A stretch of DNA of 62,000 bases from Vicugna vicugna (taxonomy: Eukaryota), in assembly GCA_013265495.1 (NCBI GenBank), contig MU058065.1, forward strand, positions 951,527 to 1,013,526, given 5' to 3'. Below are positions 52,650 to 62,000 of this stretch, in pieces. How positions within the stretch are numbered: the first letter of the stretch is position 1; each line of letters starts with the position of its first letter. The position numbers were made by a program, and so were the translations under genes. The notes beneath the pieces are model-generated. The model had not been told where the DNA came from, searched no databases, and saw nothing but the letters and a program-made list of their open reading frames with translations.

Positions 52650-52850
52650 CATCACAGCACATTAAGTACTGTGCGAGCTGCTTTATAAGCCACCTCCTCT
52701 CATGTCTCCATTTAAATTTACTAAAATAGCTGTGAGTGTATCTGTATGACAGATGAGGAGACTGAGGTTCCAGAGCCTGGTGATGGAGGACAGAAGTTTT
52801 AAGCCAGGGCTGATTGATTCTACAAACTGCCATCTTTCTACATGCCAAAG
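52650..52850 (-). mobile_element. MIR SINE
   Basis: Core acagatgaggagactgaggttccagag. Confidence 0.7.
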
Positions 52851-53025
52851 TGTTCCCTCAAATTAGAAGAAAGATAAAAATCAATAATAAAACAGATTTG
52901 GAAAAGAAATTGCAACCATTAGAAATTTCACTCTTAAAATGCAAATGTATTACTAATATGTCGGCAACATTTAAAAAACTGCTTTAAATTACATTAGATA
53001 GTTAATAGAATTACTTAATTCAATA

Positions 53026-53582
53026 TGTCAGGGAAGAAGAAATTTTCTCTCCCCTTCCAGGTTCTATTGGCTGATCTAAGAAGTAAATTGACATGAGACG
53101 GATCAACAGTAGAAAATCAAACAGAAATTTAATAACATGTGTACACAGGAGAGACCCAGGAAAACTGAGCAACTCATCAAAATGGCCCAAGCCCTCATCT
53201 TAAAATACCTCTTCAGCCAAAAACAAAAAAGGATGTAGAAGGTAGTGATTTGGGGCTTTAAAGGGGGGCCCTATGGAGGCAATTCACATGGAGATGGAAA
53301 TGCAATTGTTTGGCAAACAAATGTTTGCTGGGCCAGGCAGAGACAATGGGACACAGGAATTTTAACAAACATACTTTGCCATCTACACACCTACTTCATG
53401 CTATACTTATCTGTGGTGATGCTCCCTTCCTGGAATTGGTCCTCTATCTACATTCTTTTAGGCAGTTAGTGGGGAAGGTCAAAGGTTCTTCCTGAGTCCT
53501 TTGGGCTTTAAAAATAATCAACATAAATCAGTCCTTCTGCCAAAAAGACACAATTTTGGGTGGCAGATTTTGCTCCCCTACA
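53026..53582 (-). mobile_element. ERV1-class solo LTR (MER34/MER4-group-like), 557 bp
   Basis: TG...CA termini, 4-bp TSD aata (53022-53025 and 53583-53586), and a homologous copy at 60513-61262. Confidence 0.85.
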
Positions 53583-54029
53583 AATATAATTATCGAACAC
53601 TTATATAAACACGGTAGAAAATGTTCTAACATACCCAGGCACTTTCTGTATCATATGTATTACAATTAATGCAAAATATCTCACTTACTAGTACATATTG
53701 TTTTTCCCTAAGACAAGAATTTCAACTTATACAATGCTATTAATATTTTCTTTTCTACCTTTTTTTTCCCCTGAAATAAAGTACTTGCTTTTTAAAAGCA
53801 TTCCTTAACAATGAGAGCATGCCTCCAAAAGCAATTGTAATCCTATCCATCCTTTTAAGCTACATTTTTCCCTGAATATACTTGCCAAGTTCCTCAGACA
53901 ATATATATATATCTTTCTCTTAACTAGGATACAAATAAAATAATTTATGCATTGTCCTTTGAGAATTTGAATAATGGTAACAAAACCAATGATGTTGTCA
54001 AATCCACTTTATCATATATTACCATGAAC

Positions 54030-54175
54030 CTATACTCTTGAGAACTATAATTACAGCTCATCTTAATTGCTACCATTTTTCAGATAAGGCACCCGAGTCA
54101 GAGAGGTTAAATAATTTGTCCATGAAACTCAGCCAGGGGATAACTGAACTAGGATTAAACTCAGAGATTCTGCAC
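54030..54175 (-). mobile_element. MIR SINE
   Basis: ccatttttcagataaggcacccgagtcagagaggttaaataatttgtcc. Confidence 0.65.
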
Positions 54176-57100
54176 ATCTGCACATTTACATTCAATCTCA
54201 TCACATTCATGAGCAACGCATTCCATAAATTAGAATATTCCGACTGGGATTCCTCTAAACTCCCCAAGCTTACATCTCACACCTTATCATGCAGTTCAAA
54301 AATGTATAGTATTCAGGAAAGAAACAAAAGGTCTTTATTTGTATTTTTCCTCTCTTACAACGTACTCCAAATTGAAGGAAAGATTGCTTCTTTCCCATGA
54401 AAGTTTAGAAAAAGTTCTGAAAGAACTTGACTTCTGTAGACAGAAGCCAAGCCATACATTTGTTTTAAGTTTTCAGAAGAGCAACTGAAACTCTTTTATC
54501 ATTTGTAAACAATGACTAATGAAAATCATTAATGTAACCCAGGTGGAGTGTAGGGGGAAGAAAGGTCAAATAATTTGAGAAAGTAGTAGTAGATAATGAT
54601 ACGTTTTACTATGGAAATTAAGAATCCCATTATTTCTGTCCCATTAAGACACAAGTTGTGTCCCTTACTTTGCTAAAACGTAATCTACTCTAATATCAGC
54701 TTGTTATTAGAAATATAGCTTCCAGATTATACTCCCATTCAAATTCTCTGAACCCTGGTGACCCCTGTGCACTTGGCAAACATCAACTAATTTTCAGGAC
54801 ATCTCCCCTGGGACCAGATATAACCTCTAGCTTTCTATCAACAGATTGGTCCCGGGAGAATCTGCAAAGAGATCAGATTCTGGATATAGGGTGGAACATA
54901 TGTTCCACTTCTCAGTTTACTAATGTCGAATATGCAGGGGCTTCCTGGTCTCAGATAGCAAAACGAGGCAGACCAACAGAGTAATAACAGGTCAGGGGTC
55001 ATGGTCAGGGGGCGGGGCTTCTGGACCGCGGGCAGCTGTCCACCCTCCACTGTGCTCTGAGCCACTGTGCGTATCTCTGGTTTCTACAAGAACCAGCGTA
55101 GCACCGTAGCTCACGGCTGTCCTCCCACACGCACCTGTAACAGCCCCAAGGGGCAAATGTGAACTCAAATATTCCTTGTCGATTATTCCAAATGCGCTAA
55201 CCTTCCCCGCTCCTCTCCAAAGCTTCTAGATAAAGAGATAATAAACTGTCCTAAGAGGGAATCATAAACTCTCAGACTATTTTTACATTAAGTTCACAAA
55301 GAGTTGCATCAGCAAACACCAGAAAATACAGCCTTTCTTAACAGGGCAAGTCAGAATGCTTTTTAAACCTCCGAGTCCACACGCCACAGCCTGATACATA
55401 TTCAAGGCCCCAAACTCTCTGCAAGCTACACTCTCTTCAAGACACCAGCCCCCTCATCAAAGTCTCGCTGGGAGAAGCAGACGTGTTTCATTTACTTTCA
55501 CTTCTTCTCTCTACCCGGCAGCTCTCAGCGCAAGAAAGCCAGTTACTGAAACTCTGCTGGACTCAACTCAGGAACATTACGACCCTAAGCTTTGCGGCTT
55601 CGCCTGACTTCCTCAGCCTTGACCCTGCTTTGTCATTGTGCCCAGGAGGAAGGGGAAATGGAGGACTCTTGGTGGCGTGTAGAGAGACACTGAGAGTTCC
55701 TTTGGCATTTTCAGCCCCCTGCCAAGGAAGGATGGATGGGAGCGAATATCGCCGGCGTTCCTATTTCACCACACATCATTCCTCCAAGGAGACGGAGCTT
55801 CCTGACTCTCCTACTTGTCTAACAATGACTCATCGGTACCAGACTTCTCTTACTAAAAAGGTTACATGACCATAGCATAGGACATGAATTGAATTCACAA
55901 GTGCCCATATGTCCGATCAGTGCCTGGAAAAAGTGGAGTTTTCTATTGATTCATAGTAATAATCCAAGGATCATGTTTATTTTTCTAAAATAAAATGGTT
56001 ATAAGCTATTCGAATATATTTTAAGCAAACTGACTTGAATCCAGATCTCTGCCATCCCAAAATATATTTTTAAATTTTGAATTATTATTGGATGTTCCCA
56101 AAATGAATACTAACAGCCTACAGTAGGACTTTGACTTTTAGGGGAAAATCAGACAGCGTTTTCCGAGGAAGCGATGAACTAGCCAATAGCACCCCTTTGT
56201 GGCAGTACATTCCTCTGCACACCGTCTCCCTCGCCTTCGGCAGAGCCGCACACTGGTACCATCTCACCAACCTGGGAATCCACGGTGGTTTCAAAACGCT
56301 CCAAAAGGAAGGTTTCACGACCTCTCCTGGTAAAACATTCCAGGAGTTTAGTCCCAGGTCTAATAAAAACGCTTCACACAACAGCAGACACCCATTGCCC
56401 CTAGTTAAACCTGCCTCTTTGGCTGAGATGAGAAAAAGAGATGTCCTGTATCCTTTATCCCTGGGTGTCTGTGTACATCGTGAGGGTCCTGGAGGGGGAA
56501 CCACAGCAAGATTGTATGAAGTGGATTTGGTCAGAGGAACTCATCACGGCTCACCCCTGTAAACCCCGGCAGAGGAGGACTCGCACATCTAGGTCCACTG
56601 TTCAGGGCAGAGGGTGTGACTCAACGGGCCGGAATGCGCAAAGCAGAGATCCTCCTGTGAAGAGTGATGCAGGGGTCCCTCAGATAAGGTGAATCACCAC
56701 TCCCCTGACCTCCGCACTTCCGCACCAACTCCTCAGACTCTTCTCAGAGGTGATCCACTCAAAACCGGCTTTAATCAAGAGGTTTTGAATACCGGCATCT
56801 TTTAATGTTTTCACCCTTTGCACATCAGCTATAGACAAAACTAAAATTAAAATATTTTTCTCCTTAAAGACTAGCTTTATACCTTGTCCATTACTAAACT
56901 GAAGGTGACGTTATATTTTCCTCATTAAACATTTTAAATATTAATAAAGTTTTTTTTGGTTTGTTTTCACTTTAGCACTTTCCAGTGATTTTCAAAGTAC
57001 AGGACAAGCCGATGTCTGCCCAGCGCATTCTGTCTTCATAGAGTTGACATGGGAAGACTATTTCTGTTTTGTTTTATTTTCACTGAATACTTGCTATTTT

Positions 57101-57754
57101 ATTACTATTACTTCACATGATCTAGTAGGTAGGCTTCCAGTACACCCCTAGACAGGATTTGTGTTTATAATCCAGGCAGTGTTAAGATTAGTTCGCCCAC
57201 GTTTTTCCATGGGAGTGTTTTTAAAAAATGAATTAAACATGATGATGTCTTATTTGTGGTTGTAAAGGTTTAATGTGCAGAGACACATCTGGGGGACTTT
57301 AATGTTTTAAAAAGCACAGTATAATAGACACCAAATTCACTTTTCATAATGACTTTTGACCTTTTCTATTATGGGAAGGACAGGTTCATGGAAGGTACTA
57401 CAATTTACAGCCATTCCATAAGGGCAGATGCCATGTCTTACATCTCCAGGTAGCTAATGTATATTGTAAAAGAATAACCAGTTGCATAGTTTTGCTTAAA
57501 ATCTCACTATACACTCTATATGGGCCGTATGCTCATTCTGTAGTTTGTCATCAGTCTTACTCAATAATGACTGTAGTTAAAGTATTCAATCTATTTTAAT
57601 CTAAAATGAGCAAACAAAAGAAGAGAGGACATCAGTTGGGACAAAATAATTTTTTTTCCCTTATTCACTCTTGTACGCTTTGCCAGCATTGAATTTGATG
57701 ACAAAATATTTCCAGTCCAAATAAATGCAGTCATAGTAACTTTAAAAAGCCTCT

Positions 57755-57772
57755 CGCCCCCTCTAGTGGTGA
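57755..57772 (-). promoter_or_regulatory. Candidate CTCF motif
   Basis: Minus strand tcaCCACTAGAGGGGGCG. Motif match only. Confidence 0.35.
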
Positions 57773-58229
57773 AAAGCAGTATAGAAAATTGACAGAATGT
57801 GGTGGCCCTGAAATAGCCAGAGGACTGCAGCTGATACTTGCACGAAAGAAAACCCTCCTCCAAAAGCATCTGGAGAGGGGTTCAAGTCCCAGTTCTGCCA
57901 CTAACACCTACGTGAACTTGAGGCTTCACTTAGCCTTTTGTTTTTCAGTTTTCTCATCAGACATAGATGATTTGCAAGATTGCATTTGTGTGACAGTCAC
58001 AACAGAAAATGTTAAGTCAAATTTATTTAGAAATTGATCAAACAAAATTAGACTTTTTCTTTTTTTTTTAAGAAATTCCAGATACATAATACTTTTAATC
58101 AGTTGACTTGGTCCTGTGGTGAACAGACCCAGGGTGGCTCCCGTGGTCCCTCTGTCCGAGGACACAGAGCACTTAGAGTCGATAAAGAAAGAGCCTTTGC
58201 CAAGTGATCAAATATCACACTCCCAGTAA

Positions 58230-58815
58230 CGAAGTAAAATGACACCACGTGTCAGGTGATGATCCCCTGAGGAGGCCTCCACCTGTCATGTTCTCGCTCA
58301 AAATGCTTAACTCAAATCTAATCATAAAGGAACAGTCAGACACAGCAAAACTGAGGGGTTTTCTAAAAACAAACAAAAAAACCCCAAATTGTTCTGGAGT
58401 CTGAAAATTTCAGTATCTTGAAAAATCAATGAGGCTGAGAAAAATTCATAATTAAGAAGAGATTTATTTTTAAAACTATGAGAACTAATGATCTCATATA
58501 TAAGGTCATATATAATCCTTGATTGGCTCTTGGGTTGGGAAGGGTCATGGCATTGGGGCCCTTGTAGAGATTTGGGCTTTATTTGAGACCATGATATTTA
58601 ATCATTCTAATTTACTTGACTTATTTTTTTGAGTGTGATTGTTTAGAAGAATGTCCTTGATCTTAGGACGTATATGGTTAAATATTTAGAGATGAAGTAC
58701 CATGATTAAAATAGATTTGTGTGTATGTGTATGTACATGTGTGTGTTTAAAAGAATACATTGTGCTAGTTTTCCAACTTTTTGCCACTGGAAAATTTTCA
58801 AAATTAAAAAAATAT
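58230..58815 (+). mobile_element. Old L1 (L1MC/L1ME) 3'UTR remnant
   Basis: caaaatgcttaactcaaatctaatcat...agaatgtccttgatcttagga...aatatttagagatgaagt...aaaattttcaaaattaaaa. Confidence 0.65.
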
Positions 58816-59149
58816 ATATAAAACAAACAAATGAAGGCTCTTAGATATTCTACTAACTGAAGAACCTCTTGGTAATGCTAATTGTCTGGGGAAGGTTTCC
58901 CTCTGTAACCATGTCTACCTTCATCTGAGGCTTCTGGGCCATGATCTCAGGTAACTAAATCTGAATTATAAAGAAACAGCTCCTCTGCAAATTTCTGCCC
59001 TGGGTGGATCACTTTCCCTATTTGTAAAATGTGAATATAATAATCATGGTTCTGGATTCTCCAGGAACTTAACCATTTGCTCTTCATCCTTTTATAATTT
59101 TTCCCTTCAGATTTTCCTGCCTCAACATTTGTTACTACTGGAATGCTAA

Positions 59150-59480
59150 ATTGCTTGCACATTTGTCCAAGTTGTATGGTGTCAGACACCCTGCTCCCCT
59201 GCAAATCCTCTTTCCCTTTTGTGCAATGGCCTTCCACCCTCTTTAATTACAACTTTGGGAAAATGTCACCACTTCCTCTTCTGGAAAATCATGCTCGACC
59301 ACCTTCAGTGACATCCCTTCTTCTGTGCACTCTCCTCTTAATTACATTTATTGTGTGTGTGTGCGTGTGTGTATCCTTTACTGGGCTGAAATTCCCTTGG
59401 ACACAGTTTGTATCAACTACTGAGCATCAATTAGAACATCTGGTGCTTATCAAGCAGACAAAGAGCGTTTGCTGAGTGCA
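59150..59480 (+). mobile_element. LINE-2 3' fragment
   Basis: aatgtcaccacttcctcttctggaaa...ctgaaattcccttgga...gtttgctgagtgcatg. Confidence 0.5.
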
Positions 59481-60066
59481 TGTATAAGAGCGGTTTGCAA
59501 ACTCTAAGGTGCAATGCTAATTACTGCAAAGTGTCAGTGGCAGTCACACATGCTAGTTATTAGTCATGACAGTTACACACGTGAGTTATCAGCATTTAGT
59601 TGGTGGTGCAAGAGATGGTGGGCTAAACTGGGGACGTGGGACATGGGCTGGATAATTCTGTGTGACATAGGATATTTAGAGAATGGAGGCTTTAGAAAGA
59701 GAAGGGGAAGGTAAAATGGCCAAATAGTAATTGTACCCACGCTATCTTTTTGCTCAGACCCTAGGTGACGTGGAGCCGTGCCACGTAAGAATGTCAAATC
59801 ATTAGAAATTCAGACTTAGCACTATCTTCCAGTGAATCTTGTTTCCTTGGGTCCAACCACTCCACTCAAAGCCCCTGGAAGCAGCTAGGAGGCAGGACAA
59901 AGATGATGGACAAGATGGGTGGGGGAGAAAAGACAAGATGTGTTCTATTCTAGAGCAGCCCCTTGGCCACCCTCCTCCACCTCATTTCTTTCCATCTCCA
60001 TGGAAGAACGTTGAAATGTGTCACTCCTGCTGGAACCACTTTTAAAGGAGGTAGAGGAAGATGAAG

Positions 60067-60085
60067 TGCTGCCCTCTTCTGGCAG
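60067..60085 (-). promoter_or_regulatory. Candidate CTCF motif
   Basis: Minus strand ctgCCAGAAGAGGGCAGCA is close to the CTCF core consensus. Motif match only. Confidence 0.45.
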
Positions 60086-60512
60086 CTTTAGCAAATCCTC
60101 ACACTTACTTCATCATGCCGTTAATAAGTTGTGTTAACACAGTCCCCCTGCCGTGACTCATTTTGGGAAGACAGTTCAACAGGAAAGCAGACTTCCTTTT
60201 AATTCAATACACTACAGTAGCATATAGCTCTCTGTCACAGAGTTTGCACACCTTAAAAAAATTCTTTTTAACTTTTTGCCTTTGTATTTAAATTTGACTG
60301 CAGGAGTAGTTTTAGAAGTTCTCTGGGTAGGCAGAAAGTGCTGAATCACCCAAGGGACAAGTTCTCCTGTCTTTAGAGCATCTGCCTAGCAATTCTGAAG
60401 CAAGACTATAGAAAAAAACGAGAGCGAAAGCAAGAGACAAAAGAGTTCACCTTCAGTAACCTTATGCAAAATTTTGTAAAGAGAAAATCAAAATGAAGTA
60501 TAGACTGTGATT

Positions 60513-61262
60513 TATAGGGGAATAAAATCTATCACCCAAAAATGTTCCTTTGGCACGCAAATTATTTCTGTTTGAAAACAATCAAGGTCCAGAAGACTCA
60601 GGAAGAAATTTTGACTTTAACTCCCTAAAAAAAATATAATAAAACAGGTTTTTAAAAGAAGTTTTTTCTGTATAGCACGGGGGACTATAGTTGATATCTT
60701 GTAGTAACCTATTACAAAAAGAATATGAAAACGAATATATGTACGTAAATGTATGATTGAAATATTATGCTGTACACCAGAAATTGACACACTGTAACTG
60801 GGTATACTTCAATAAAAATAAATAAGTAACTAACAAGAACGTAGGTAGAGGATCTGTTCCAGGAAGGGAGCATCACCACAGATCACTGCAGTACTAATTA
60901 GGTGTGTCGACAGGGAGGAGTCCGGCAAAGTCTGTTAAAACTCCTCCCAAGGTCTCTACCTGGCCCAGCAAACATTTATTTACCAAACACTTGCTCTTCC
61001 ATCTCCATGTCAGTTGCCTTCCTCCCCTCTGAAGTCCCAAATCACTAGCCCCAACATCCTCTTTCATCTTTAACTGAAGATGATTTTAAAGATGAGGGCT
61101 TGGCCTCTTTGATGAGTTACTCAGTTTCCCCGGGTCTCTCCTACATATACATGTTATGAAACTTCTCTTTGATGTTCTCCTACTATTCTGTCTCATGTCA
61201 ATTTAATTCTTAGACCCGCCAGAAGAACCTAGAAGAGGAGAGCAGAATTTCTTCCTCTGACA
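60513..61262 (+). mobile_element. ERV1-class solo LTR, same family as 53026-53582, interrupted by an L1 fragment
   Basis: Reverse-complement homology to 53026-53582 (e.g. ttccaggaagggagcatcaccacagat; ctggcccagcaaacattt; tctcatgtcaattta). Confidence 0.85.
60668..60835 (+). mobile_element. LINE-1 3' end nested in the LTR
   Basis: ctgtatagcacgggggactata...gctgtacaccagaaattgacac...tatacttcaataaaaataaataa. Confidence 0.85.
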
Positions 61263-61266
61263 AAAT

Positions 61267-62000
61267 TGTGATTTATAAAGAGAAATCTGCACTTGGTCTT
61301 CTTCCCTGCTCCTAGCACAGTTCTCCAAAAACCTTTGCACTTTCCTATGATGAGAGCAATAAAGGTGTCTTTTGTTAATTTAAGGAGGTTACCTTTGAAC
61401 AGCACCTAAAATGGGGGCTGGTTACCAGCAGAGCCAGCCTTATGGTTAGAGGGTTAGCCTTCAGGGAGGAGAGGGAGAATGAAGCTTGAATTCACTCCCC
61501 AGTGGCCAATGAGCTAATCAATCATGCCTCCGTAAGGAAGCCTCTGTTAAAACCCAGAAGGATGGGGTTTGGAGAGCTTCCCGGTTGGTGAGTAGGTGGA
61601 GATTCAGGGAGAGTGGAGTGCTCAGAGGGCACAGAAACTTCATGCTTTATCCTGGCACTTGCTCTATGCATCTCTTCTGTCCGGCTGTTTTGGGGGTATA
61701 TATAACCCTTATATAACCTTTTATAACACACTGGTGGCCTAGTAAATAAAACGTTTCTCTATGTTCTGTGAGCTGCACTAGCAAATGCGTTAAACCCAAG
61801 GAGAGAGTGTGGGAACCTCTGATTTATGGCTGGTGGGTCAGAAGCATGGGAAACAACCTGGACTTCTGACTGGTGTCTGAAGGGGAGCAGTCTTGTGGGC
61901 GGAGCCCTTCACCTGTGGGCTCGGGCACTCTCTCCAGGTAGACAGTGTCAGAGTTGAGTTCAATTGCTGAACCCCTGGCTGGTGAGAATTGTTAGGTGGT
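61267..62000 (+). mobile_element. MER21-type LTR, cut by window end
   Basis: tgtgattt...ttggtctt...cctagcacag...ccagtggccaatgagctaatcaatcatgcctccgtaa...gttctgtgagctgcactagcaaat...ctccaggtagacagtgtcaga. Confidence 0.85.

Larger units (their letters stand above)
36582..62000 (-). other. NYAP2: Last intron of NYAP2 (3' portion)
   Basis: Lies upstream of the acceptor at 36582-36583. No recognisable NYAP2 coding exon was found before the window end. Confidence 0.7.

Noticed and set aside
56268..56326. Exon-like minus-strand segment (ttttaccag|GAGAGGTCGTGA...CCCAG|gttggtgag) with one frame reading RGRETFLLERFETTVDSQ
   Set aside because: In phase 0, which the intron requires, it stops after three codons. 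No recognisable homology. At most a cryptic exon.
1..62000. CRISPR arrays, operons, rRNA, NUMTs, processed pseudogenes or a novel multi-gene system
   Set aside because: No regularly spaced repeats, long ORFs or recognisable homologs seen by eye. A BLAST/Rfam search would be needed to exclude faint relics.

Overview
Mammalian genomic DNA, most likely camelid (a Vic-1-type tRNA-derived SINE and young camelid-type L1 3' ends are present). One gene fragment is supported. It is the terminal coding exon of NYAP2 on the minus strand (36581-36354, ending ...PPPYCKQQTVFWDTAI*), followed by a ~5.2 kb 3'UTR ending at a clear poly(A) site near 31130-31155. Positions 36582-62000 are the last intron (no upstream exon recognised in the window) and 1-31100 is downstream intergenic sequence. 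The rest is interspersed repeats (L1, L2, MIR, MLT1/MLT2, LTR16, LTR78/79, MER21, ERV1-type solo LTRs, hAT elements) and microsatellites. Repeat family names come from recalled consensus sequences, not a database search, and most boundaries are approximate. I found no evidence of a new multi-gene system. The most unusual items are two perfect fold-back structures that look like templated (template-switch) insertions (8993-9367 and 48706-48781), the PPxY plus PDZ-ligand tail of the distal NYAP2 exon, and a dense miRNA seed cluster lying between two poly(A) signals.
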